This document shows, piece after piece, positions 31,316-40,700 of a DNA stretch of 64,000 nucleotides. How positions within the stretch are numbered: the stretch's first letter is position 1; each line of letters opens with the position of its first letter. The notes below the pieces were generated by a model. It searched no databases and was not told the origin of the DNA. It was given only the letters and a program-made list of their open reading frames with translations. Source of the DNA: a virus (lineage: Duplodnaviria > Caudoviricetes); IMG/VR virus record IMGVR_UViG_3300033076_000691, positions 39,768 to 103,767 of that record, one strand, 5' to 3'. A program made the translations under genes and the position numbers.

Positions 31316-32146
31316 TTATTTCTTTTTTACGGGATGATCTTTTATATAATGTAAAATAGATATTACTTCATCCACTAAATATGGGACAGCCATTGGAATT
31401 ACTTCTTTTACAATTGGATTACCATCAACATCTTTTGCTATAACAGGGTAACCATATTCATCTTCTTCCTCTTGTACAAATGTTATATGATGTATAAATA
31501 TTCTTCCTGGTCTTAATTTAGGGTTGTGCTTAAGAATAATATACATATAAATACTGAGCTGTAATGCATAATGATTAAAGTTACAATCATCTAAATGATT
31601 TACAGGTTCAAGCATTTTTTCAGAAGCACCTTCCCAATTAACAAAAGATTCTTTCTTAATCTCCTTGTTAGTTTTGTAGTCAATGATATTCACTTTACCA
31701 TTGACTACTTCTACTAAATCTGATTGTCCACATATACCTGCAGACTTAAGATATACCATATGTTCTGGGTATACACCTGGATCTAACTTTTGAGAAGGGG
31801 CATATCTAATACCATCATGTTCTCCTGACGGAGAAATAACCGGTACAGTTACACCCTCTCTTTCAATTGATGCTAATGAACATAGATCTGCTTCTCTTTG
31901 ATTATGATAAAATGTACCAAGAGTTACTGCTCTATCAGCTTCATTTTTCCAGATCTGCTCAATAGTTTTTGGTTCAATACCATACCATTTAGATCTTTTA
32001 CTTTTTGAAACCTTAGCAGCCACAGCTTTTGCATCAAAAGGTTTTTTTAAACTAGATATAAGTGTGGTTACACTTATCCAGTTAATATCTCCTGAACCAT
32101 CTATACTTTTATAAGTATGATCTGCTGCATTAAATAGTATGCTCAT
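31316..32146 (-). CDS. PD-(D/E)xK (Cas4-like) nuclease
   Basis: SVTT, GT..H, GQSDLV...IIDYKTN and Y.LQLSIY motifs. Confidence 0.8.
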   Translation of the reverse strand: MSILFNAADHTYKSIDGSGDINWISVTTLISSLKKPFDAKAVAAKVSKSKRSKWYGIEPKTIEQIWKNEADRAVTLGTFYHNQREADLCSLASIEREGVTVPVISPSGEHDGIRYAPSQKLDPGVYPEHMVYLKSAGICGQSDLVEVVNGKVNIIDYKTNKEIKKESFVNWEGASEKMLEPVNHLDDCNFNHYALQLSIYMYIILKHNPKLRPGRIFIHHITFVQEEEDEYGYPVIAKDVDGNPIVKEVIPMAVPYLVDEVISILHYIKDHPVKKK

Positions 32147-32436
32147 AGTTCCTCTAGTTTATCTTCTTCTTCCACTGTAGCCATTGCTTCCCATTTACCA
32201 AGTGGGCATTCAGATGCAAGGGATCTAGTTTTAAAATTTAAGGAACAACCACATTCATTACAACATGGAGCAGTACCTTTTACAGCACATTTTCTTCCCT
32301 TACTTGGACATTCATCACATATTGAATATCTAAGTCTAGCAATTTCTTCAACGGTTTCATCTCTAATAACTGCATTAGTTATTCCCTCCAGAATCTCCTT
32401 CCGATTTTGCCAAATTATTTTGAGTGTATTTTTCAT
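32143..32436 (-). CDS. Small Zn-binding protein
   Basis: R..IC..CP...C.ECGC.L..K.RS...CPLGKW; start reassigned to MKNTLK. Confidence 0.65.
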   Translation of the reverse strand: MKNTLKIIWQNRKEILEGITNAVIRDETVEEIARLRYSICDECPSKGRKCAVKGTAPCCNECGCSLNFKTRSLASECPLGKWEAMATVEEEDKLEEL

Positions 32437-32782
32437 CTTTAAACTTTTTTCTTTTGATAAGTTCTTTTTCTGCTTTGTCATGAATCTTATTTAAAAGATC
32501 AAGTTTTTCCTCTAAACTTTTTTTATTATGATAAGCACCAAAAGTAGAGGTATCATGATTCTTTAAAATTTTTTCATAGTGAGGTATTGCATATTTAACC
32601 TTCTTAATTTTAAGTACAAAGTGTCCTAAACCATCCACGTTTATTCTTAAATCACTAAGTGCACTTAACTTTTTTCTTAATGTTTTATAGTAGTTCTCAA
32701 CTAATGATTCTACTAATTCTTCAGGAATATCTAATTCTTCACTTATTTCACGGTATAGACTATTACTTTTTTTCGGTATCAT
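32375..32782 (-). CDS. HU/IHF-like DNA-binding protein
   Basis: Y.EISEEL.IP...V..LV..YY...RINVDGLGHF. Confidence 0.6.
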   Translation of the reverse strand: MIPKKSNSLYREISEELDIPEELVESLVENYYKTLRKKLSALSDLRINVDGLGHFVLKIKKVKYAIPHYEKILKNHDTSTFGAYHNKKSLEEKLDLLNKIHDKAEKELIKRKKFKDEKYTQNNLAKSEGDSGGNN

Positions 32783-33140
32783 GTCCTAAAAATTTGTAAT
32801 CTAAAAAAATAGTCCCTTCTGTTTGTACTTTCATGTTTGGATTCAACATGATAATTTTTTTATCAGAAGGGTCTTTTATTACTAAACCACTTTTTTCAGC
32901 TTTATTGATACTGTTTCTAACTGTTTGTGGAGATTTAAAAATCCAGTCTTCTTCTGAAGATGCATCAAGACAAAAATTACTTAGCTCAATTGGTTGATTA
33001 AAACTAAGTAAAGTAAGACAGTTTAAATCAGACTCACTCATTGTCAAATGATTTATATAACAATGAGTGAGGATCTGAAATTTTACAATATCCCATTTGG
33101 GCATTCTAACCCTTTTCTGTACTTGATTTACAAGTGCCAT
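32763..33140 (-). CDS. Winged-helix (RepL-like) protein
   Basis: LT.S.L..L and S.QTVRNSINK.EK.GLV.K...LNP. Confidence 0.5.
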   Translation of the reverse strand: MALVNQVQKRVRMPKWDIVKFQILTHCYINHLTMSESDLNCLTLLSFNQPIELSNFCLDASSEEDWIFKSPQTVRNSINKAEKSGLVIKDPSDKKIIMLNPNMKVQTEGTIFLDYKFLGHDTEKK

Positions 33141-33442
33141 TAATTTTTTCTTAATTTTTTACCTGCTGCCGGTGCTTTTGCAACAGATCTTGGTGGAGCT
33201 TGGGTAGGAAGATCATCATCTTCTTCATCCATTTGTTGTTGTGTTGCAGCTACCATTGTTGCATATTGTATCTGCATAGTAGCTCTTTTATATCTTGCTT
33301 CTTCAATCTCTGTAAGAAGTTTTTCATATTTAGATTGAGATTCAAGATATGGTAAAGACTTATCATAAAAGTCTTTCATTTCTTGTCTTCTTTCTTCTAA
33401 CTGTTCTGGTGTTAGATTGTCTTCTAATTGTTGATTTTCCAT
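33140..33442 (-). CDS. Hypothetical coiled-coil protein
   Basis: ORF track; preceded by a TATATTTG box. Confidence 0.7.
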   Translation of the reverse strand: MENQQLEDNLTPEQLEERRQEMKDFYDKSLPYLESQSKYEKLLTEIEEARYKRATMQIQYATMVAATQQQMDEEDDDLPTQAPPRSVAKAPAAGKKLRKN

Positions 33443-33505
33443 TTCTATATATTTTTAGTTTAATACAAATATACAAGAAAAGTTTAAACATGATATATTT
33501 AAAAC

Positions 33506-33537
33506 AAAAAATCCAGGCACAGAAAGTACCTGGATTA
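33506..33537 (-). terminator. Intrinsic terminator
   Basis: AATCCAGG.AC-agaaa-GT.CCTGGATT hairpin with a T-tract on the minus strand. Confidence 0.6.
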
Positions 33538-33554
33538 TAGTAGTTTAAGTAATA

Positions 33555-33851
33555 TTACTTTTTCTTAGTAGATCTCTTTACAGCACCACCTTTTTTTTGT
33601 TGATTTAACATTTTATTTAAACCAAAAGCACCAGCAGCAGCAGCACCAAGACCTAACAATATATCACGTCCAGTTGTACTTGACCCACTACTTTTAACTC
33701 TAACTTTTTTTGTTTTACCACAATTACTTTTTCTTCTCTTACGTTTTTTACCATCAGCAGCTACGTATTCTTCCATACAAGAGTCATCAAAAGCACCACC
33801 TTCTTGATAGCTTTTCATTGATCTGATAATTCGATTTTTATTATGTTGCAT
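33555..33851 (-). CDS. Basic protein with YQEGG and QKKGG motifs
   Basis: ORF track; shares motifs with the 19.6-21.7 kb proteins. Confidence 0.65.
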   Translation of the reverse strand: MQHNKNRIIRSMKSYQEGGAFDDSCMEEYVAADGKKRKRRKSNCGKTKKVRVKSSGSSTTGRDILLGLGAAAAGAFGLNKMLNQQKKGGAVKRSTKKK

Positions 33852-33853
33852 GA

Positions 33854-34012
33854 TTACCTGTTTTTAAGTGTTAGGTTTAATATTGTAATTAAATAAAAGT
33901 CTCTTGACAAATCTATTTCAAGAGCAAATATATCTAGTGAGGAAATTCTTAATCTGATAATTACTTTATCCCACTGTTTAGCTATTGCTGTCCAACTATT
34001 TCTAAATTTCAT
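33854..34012 (-). CDS. Small protein (52 aa), not in the ORF track
   Basis: MKFRNSWTAIAKQWDKVIIRLRISSLDIFALEIDLSRDFYLITILNLTLKNR; TAATG coupling to the endolysin stop. Confidence 0.65.
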   Translation of the reverse strand: MKFRNSWTAIAKQWDKVIIRLRISSLDIFALEIDLSRDFYLITILNLTLKNR

Positions 34013-34530
34013 TATGCTTCATTTTTACTGATTGTACCTTTTGCATCTAATAATACTTTACGGACATTTGCCGGTTGAGCAACTTTCCATTTAGTTCTTC
34101 TTGCCTGATACAATCTTGATTTTAATATTCTAGTTACTGATACTGCATTTCCTTGGTTACCTCCAAGTACATGATAACAATCTTTGTCTTCTCCTACATA
34201 AAGACCTACATGACCTCCTCCGTCTCTTTTAAAGGTAAGTACATCACCTAACATAGGTTCTGTTACCTTAGTACCATAATTAGCCCAGGAAAGAGCCCAG
34301 AGAGGTTTGTCTACTACTTCTACACCAGCTTGATGTGCACAGTATGCAATAAATAAACCACACCATGGAATCTCATCTGCTGTATAAACTTTTTGTAGAT
34401 CAAGTTCTTTAGCCCAATCCATGATTACTGGATTGTGTTGTTTACCTACCACTTCTTTAGTTCCAATAAGTTTTACTGCTTGAACTAAGATCTTTGGAGA
34501 TTTTTCTTCTTGTAAGAAACTATAACTCAT
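34012..34530 (-). CDS. Endolysin, TIGR02594/CHAP-like cysteine peptidase
   Basis: DE.PWCG.F, GHVG and LGGNQ motifs. Confidence 0.8.
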   Translation of the reverse strand: MSYSFLQEEKSPKILVQAVKLIGTKEVVGKQHNPVIMDWAKELDLQKVYTADEIPWCGLFIAYCAHQAGVEVVDKPLWALSWANYGTKVTEPMLGDVLTFKRDGGGHVGLYVGEDKDCYHVLGGNQGNAVSVTRILKSRLYQARRTKWKVAQPANVRKVLLDAKGTISKNEA

Positions 34531-34533
34531 AAA

Positions 34534-35031
34534 TTAATCTTTTATGTTTTTATAAGTATCAGAGACTTTTTCAATGCCTCCTCTGATAGTTTTAACAACA
34601 CTCAATACTGATTTAAATATATTATTACCTGTAAGGTCAAACCAGTTTTCATTTATAGATGATAACTCTATAATAGCAAATATATAGAGGAGAATGTTTG
34701 TAAAGAAAGCTTTAGTAGGGATTATGATTTCATATCCGGTTGCTTTTAGAATACTTTGTAGAAATGGTGTAAACCCAAAGTAGTCTAGTGGAAATACTGC
34801 AAGAGCAAGGATATAATAACCGGCACCTTTAAAAATATAACCTCTTCTTAAGATCTTTGATTTAAATACATCCTTATATTTCTTGTTTTCTTCACAAGCA
34901 ATTTTCTTAAGAGATACAAGTTTAACTATTGTATCTACAAAGATAACGGTCATTAATAGAATAGCACTTAGTTCTATTGGAGAGAAGAATGATATAAATG
35001 ACAAAGTGAAGAGAGTTAATTTAGCTTTCAT
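34534..35031 (-). CDS. Putative holin
   Basis: Several TM segments, IELSSINEN...LTG motif; start reassigned to MKAKLTL. Confidence 0.65.
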   Translation of the reverse strand: MKAKLTLFTLSFISFFSPIELSAILLMTVIFVDTIVKLVSLKKIACEENKKYKDVFKSKILRRGYIFKGAGYYILALAVFPLDYFGFTPFLQSILKATGYEIIIPTKAFFTNILLYIFAIIELSSINENWFDLTGNNIFKSVLSVVKTIRGGIEKVSDTYKNIKD

Positions 35032-35516
35032 GGTAGTCTTCTTGAAATCAATTTGAATAAAATATAGATTAACAAGATGAATAACACAATCCCTCCAACA
35101 TAAGCAAGAAAGATGACCCAACTAGGGATATACTTAATTCTTTCTGGCTTCAATGTCTTGGTGACTACTTTAGTGTGGTATACATCATTGCCTTTAATTA
35201 CTTTAGTGACTGTTTGCACTTGTGCTTTTGAAGTATACACATTGTTCTGGAGTTTGGTCTGTAAGCTTAATATCTTACCATCCTTATCTCTTAGAACTCC
35301 ATTAAGTTTAGATAACACATTACCTAGGGAATCACAATATAGTGTATCCTGAATATAGAGTGTTTCTCCTGGTAAGATTATTGTTGTGTCTTTATATTGA
35401 ATAATTGTTTCAGTGCTGTCCTTCTGTGTACACAGCGGACAGTATTTAGCTAGTCTTTTCTCTAATGAACAAGAGGTAACTGAAACAAGCAATAATAGAT
35501 ATAAAATATACTTCAT
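35028..35516 (-). CDS. Putative unimolecular spanin
   Basis: Lipoprotein signal MKYILYLLLLVSVTS-C, beta-rich middle, C-terminal TM helix followed by a basic tail; inside the lysis cassette. Confidence 0.6.
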   Translation of the reverse strand: MKYILYLLLLVSVTSCSLEKRLAKYCPLCTQKDSTETIIQYKDTTIILPGETLYIQDTLYCDSLGNVLSKLNGVLRDKDGKILSLQTKLQNNVYTSKAQVQTVTKVIKGNDVYHTKVVTKTLKPERIKYIPSWVIFLAYVGGIVLFILLIYILFKLISRRLP

Positions 35517-35537
35517 ATCTATAATATACAAAAAAAA

Positions 35538-37754
35538 TTACAACTTTCCTAGCATATACTTCTCAGCATTTTTAATTCTATCATCTGCTGCAAGCATTAT
35601 CTTAACTATCTTGTCATCAACATGTTTAGGGTGCACATACCAGTCTTCATAGCAACTAGTTTCATTAGGTGCAATATTACTTGCAACAAGTAAGTATCCT
35701 TTACTTAATAAGAAGTGTCTTGACTTTGCTCTATAGGATCCTGAGACATCTGTATAGTGATCGTGCTCATATGTAATTACCCCAAAAGTACATTGATCCC
35801 AAGGTAACATTGTAAGGATCTCATAGGTAGTTGCGGGTGGCTCACAGTCAACTTGTAAGTAGTCAATGTGACCTTTAAGTATAGAGTAGTCAAACTTTGT
35901 AGCATCACATAAAATAATCTCATTCTTTCTGTGTTGTTTAAACTTTTCAACCTCATGTGGTAAGATTTCTAATGAGGTACCTGTCCATCCAAATTCTTCT
36001 AAAAGAGCTGTATTACTTCCATGGAATGGATCTGCTGCACCAATTTCAAAGTATTTACCGTTTCTCTTACCATTAAGCATAGTAAGGGTAAACATGTCCT
36101 GATATGTTTGAGAATAGTTTTTCTCAATATTTTCTGCTCCGGGAAACTTATATCTTAACTGATCATAGAATCCTTTATGATATCTAACAAATGGATCTGG
36201 CCCAGAACCTAGAGATGTAATGTTAGATTGTACCATTTTTTGGTATCTCTCACTTAATGTAGGTCCTTGGTTTACTAGTTTAATAAATTCATCTCTTGAT
36301 TCTTGTGATCTACCAATCCACCAAGCTGTTACTGCTTTTTGAAATTGTAATTGATAAGCACCTTCATATCCTATATTTGCACTTATTTCTTTTGCATTAT
36401 CTGCAAACTTTAAACCCATTACAGCATATGAGTATGACTGTGGATAGTTTCTTTGTTGTTCACAATATTCACTTAAGAATAAATAGGCTTCTGGTCTATC
36501 TGGTTTAAAGGCAAGAGCATTTAACCAAAGACCAAACTCAGTTACTTTTCTTCTTCCAAGTTTAGATAATGACTTAGCAACTAAAAGTAAAGACTCATAT
36601 GTATAGTCATCATTCTTAGAAAACTCTGCAGCTCTCAGTGCAAATGACATTGCTGATGCATAGTGACCATTTTCAAAGTAGTACTCAGCTAGTTCTAGGT
36701 TACATGATCCACAGAATGGATTATTAATAAACTTCTCTAGTTTAGCTGGTGTAATACCTTTAGTAATTGGTTTTACATTCTCTTGTGGTATCTTACATAG
36801 ATGATTAAATATAGATACCGGTAGTTTTAAAATAAAGGCTGTAGAGTCCTGGAAACCAAATGGGATGATAAAGTCATTACCATCAAATGTTAAACCACAG
36901 GAGAACTCAATATTTGCAGTCATAAACTTAAATGCATCAGAGTGGTAAACTATCTTCCAGTTCTTATCCCATACAATAAACCTATGATAATACTGTGCAT
37001 CTTTTTTAGCTTGCTCATTAAACCATAGTTCTACTTCATGAGTAAGGGCTACATAGTAGTCACCATATGTAATAACCTGTGAGCCTCCTCTTAAATCTCT
37101 TGGAAATGTGATATCTTGTTCAACTAATGCTACGGTTGCTGATGTTCCTTTCTTAGGATTTACTTTTACTACTTCTGTAGGATTAGTCCACTTAATATAA
37201 TGAAATGGCATATCAAGAATAGGCATCCAGTTCTTTTCACAATATGAATGTGTTGGTGGTTCTATTCTATATCTCTCAGATTCTTTGCTTCCGGCATCTA
37301 TTAAAGATAGTTCCATTCTACCTTCACCATCTGTTTTAGTATCTCTACGTACACCTGTAAGATATAAGTTATCTTTCCAATATACTACTCTAGAATCTTC
37401 TAGTCCAATAAATTCCCAGACAGGAGTCACATCTAACTTAGATGTATCTACTTTTTTATGTTGCTCAATTGCAAGAGTATTGGGATCTAACTGACATAGA
37501 TAGTTAGTTGTTCTAAGAGTTACATCATCTTCTGGGTTAAGATATGCTAGTGGACCCCATGGAGTTTGGAATCTTTGATCCCCCTCACTATGGTATAAAG
37601 CATATTGAACATGTCTTAAGTTCAATAAGTACATACCATCTTTATAGAAAATAGAAGGGTTAGTGAGTCCTAACCCTTCAGTAATATTAGCAGGAATTGT
37701 AAGATAGTTAACAGATCCTCCATTGGCTAATGCCAGTTGACACAAATTATTCAT
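35538..37754 (-). CDS. Three-domain glycan-modifying enzyme: GH130/GH43-like beta-propeller + TPR + FkbM-type methyltransferase
   Basis: NPSI, GLEDSRV, EKNWMP, LRGGS and IEFSCGL; TPR with P.RPEA; YSQ..QD, EIGAAD...SNT..LE..GW.G, IDYL.VD and EDWY.HP. Confidence 0.7.
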   Translation of the reverse strand: MNNLCQLALANGGSVNYLTIPANITEGLGLTNPSIFYKDGMYLLNLRHVQYALYHSEGDQRFQTPWGPLAYLNPEDDVTLRTTNYLCQLDPNTLAIEQHKKVDTSKLDVTPVWEFIGLEDSRVVYWKDNLYLTGVRRDTKTDGEGRMELSLIDAGSKESERYRIEPPTHSYCEKNWMPILDMPFHYIKWTNPTEVVKVNPKKGTSATVALVEQDITFPRDLRGGSQVITYGDYYVALTHEVELWFNEQAKKDAQYYHRFIVWDKNWKIVYHSDAFKFMTANIEFSCGLTFDGNDFIIPFGFQDSTAFILKLPVSIFNHLCKIPQENVKPITKGITPAKLEKFINNPFCGSCNLELAEYYFENGHYASAMSFALRAAEFSKNDDYTYESLLLVAKSLSKLGRRKVTEFGLWLNALAFKPDRPEAYLFLSEYCEQQRNYPQSYSYAVMGLKFADNAKEISANIGYEGAYQLQFQKAVTAWWIGRSQESRDEFIKLVNQGPTLSERYQKMVQSNITSLGSGPDPFVRYHKGFYDQLRYKFPGAENIEKNYSQTYQDMFTLTMLNGKRNGKYFEIGAADPFHGSNTALLEEFGWTGTSLEILPHEVEKFKQHRKNEIILCDATKFDYSILKGHIDYLQVDCEPPATTYEILTMLPWDQCTFGVITYEHDHYTDVSGSYRAKSRHFLLSKGYLLVASNIAPNETSCYEDWYVHPKHVDDKIVKIMLAADDRIKNAEKYMLGKL

Positions 37755-37794
37755 ATTGTTGGTTTTACCAACAAATATAATTAATTAATTTTCA

Positions 37795-40700
37795 TTAGCA
37801 AGGATTTGCATATGGAGCACATTCTGTACAATCTGCATAATTAGACCCATCCCATGTAATTGTAGCTGGACCAACTGTTGGTGCTAATGGAGTCCAACAA
37901 TCACCTAGTGTGTCAAGTACTGTATAACCATTACTATGGATATAATCTGGTAAATAAATTACAGCATTAGGTCCCCCACAACAATTTTGAGCAATATAGT
38001 AGTTATGGCATATAGATTGATTTCCAATTACACATTGCTCACAAGTATCATAAGATGTACCTATTGTACCTATATTCATTGTTGCTGTGCCTGTTGTACT
38101 CCAACTGATTACTTTCCAGCAATCCCATGTATTGTTTCCATCTAATGTAGTAATAAGTTGATATGATTGACCAGCTGCTAAATATCCAAATCCATAATAT
38201 GCAACTTGAGTTTCTCCTGTACAACAGTTTTGTAGTGTATAGTAAACATTAGTAGGACATGCATGATCTTGTACACATGCTGGACAATCACTACCAGTTG
38301 TAGAATAAATAGATGCTACATTAATAAAGTTATAAGCAGCTGGTAGACCTGAACCTGTAGCATCTCCAGTTACTTCCCAACATGCACCAAATTGATCAAC
38401 AAAATTATAACCAACGGCAACTCCACCACCTAATGATTCTAATGATGTAACACCACCTAAATCAGCACAACATGATGAAATTTTAACCATTGTACAATTA
38501 CCATATGCATCATTACATTCAGTACATGAAAGATATGCTATTCCATCCCATGCAATTGTATCTGGTCCTGTTGTTTCCCCTACAACATACCAACAATTAC
38601 TATTTGTATCTGGAAAAGTAAGTCCGAGCGAATAGTAATCTGTAGGTTGATATGGTAATAACATTACCTCATTTGCAGCAACACCACAACAATCTGCTAC
38701 TTCATAATATGTAGGACAACCATCTTTAAGATCTCCAATACAATCTTGACAAGTCTTATAAGCACCAGCAAATTTTCCTACTGTAATTGTTGCCGTGCCA
38801 GTATTACTATAACTTACTACTTTCCAACACTGTGCTACATTAGGTGAAGTATCTAAAGAAAATTGAAGGACTGTGTCCGGAGATATGACAGCATCAAAAA
38901 CAACTATTTCAGTATCACCAGTACAACAGTTAATTACTTCATAATATAATGTAGGAGGACATGTGTGAATAGTTGTACAAGTTGTGCATTCTTCTGCTCC
39001 TACCCCATAACTTGCAGAATATGAAATAAATGGTGCCGTTACACCCCCTCCAGCAAGTGCTGGTTTGATTACATTATAACAAACACCAAATGTATCAACA
39101 ATTACTTCTCCATCAGTTGTTGTATAACCCAATAAAGCATCTGTAGTAATCATTGGCGACCCTGATATTTGTTGTTTACAACATGGCCTTAATTCAATTC
39201 TTATTGGACACGGATTAGATGATGTACAGGTTATACACACTTCTTGACCTAAATTACTTGCAACATATACTGTACCTGTTGTTGGACTAACTGTTTCACC
39301 AATAGCTGTCCAACAGAACCCATATGTATCAACAAACGTATCTCCTAGAACAATTCCTGGTAATGAACCTGTAAATGTTTCAGGTCCTGCTTCACAACAT
39401 GATTGAACAACTAAATTTGCAGGACATTCATTTGCTGCTTTACAAGCATCACATGTGGCATATGATGTAACTACAGTTCTTGTACTTGTAACTGAGGCTC
39501 CTGTTTTAGCTTGTGCTTCCCAACAGTTTCCTTCATTATCTACAAAGAAATCACCAACAGTTAATGCTGGATTGTATACTACTTCAACTACAGCAGGATC
39601 GCAACAAAGTTGTAATTCCATATTTGGTGTTAGATCTACTACAGCACAGTTTCTTTCTGTGTTAAGAGTAAATGTTACTCTTGGTTGTACACTTCCCTCA
39701 GTACTACCTGTATTATCCCATCCAAATGCAGCAAAAAATATAGTATCACATCCTCTAATTACTTGAGTTACTGTATGTTCAATATTGAAGCAAACATAAT
39801 ATTCATTAGTTTCTGAACAAGTATATATAAAATCTTGTGTTGTGATAACTGGTGAAACAGATAAGTTACCACGGCTAGTTGTACATAAGTCTTCACAAGT
39901 TGCTTGAACAAGAGCAACTGATAATTTTGGAATAACTGTTATTCCTTGATCTATTAAATAACTTGAACCACAGAATTTTATTATATCACCTGGAAATAAA
40001 TCATGTGGTAAATGTATACCACAATTTAAATTAGCACCTTTTACTGCTGTTATTGTACCAGGAATTGCTGTTATTGCTTTTCCATTCCAATAACCATTTG
40101 TCCAACCAAAAGGATCTCTACCAATATACATATTATAATTCCCCCATGATTCTGGATCAATTGCCATACCAGCAGCACCAATATGACTATTATCTATAGT
40201 ACATGCATCACATGTTAATGTGATATTAGCTTGTCCTCCACCTGCATCTGTAGCAGTTACACAAGTTCCTATAAAGTTAATAGCAGATGCACCAGTTACA
40301 ACTGTAATACCTTCATCTAAGATATTTACAGATCCACCACCACCTCCACCGGCAGGTCCTTGTACACCTTGTACACCTTGTGTTCCAGAACCAATTGTTC
40401 CTTGTGTTCCTTGTATACCTGTACCAGTAATACCTTGAACTCCTTGAAGTCCAGTAGTACCCGTTGTTCCCTGGAGTCCTGTAGTACCTTGGAATCCTAA
40501 GATACCTTGTATACCCTGTAATCCAGTTAAACCTTGAACACCTTGAATACCCTGAGTACCAATACCAATAGCACCTTGAACTCCTTGTAAACCAGTAAGA
40601 CCTTGTAGTCCTAATAGACCTTGAATACCTTGAGCACCAGTTCCTCCTGTAGATCCAGTTGATCCCTGAGATCCTGTAGAACCTTGTGCCCCAGTTCCTC

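Noticed and set aside
31316-32146. Cas4-like nuclease as evidence of a CRISPR system
   Set aside because: Stand-alone PD-(D/E)xK nucleases are routine near crAss-like terminase genes; no array or other cas genes present.
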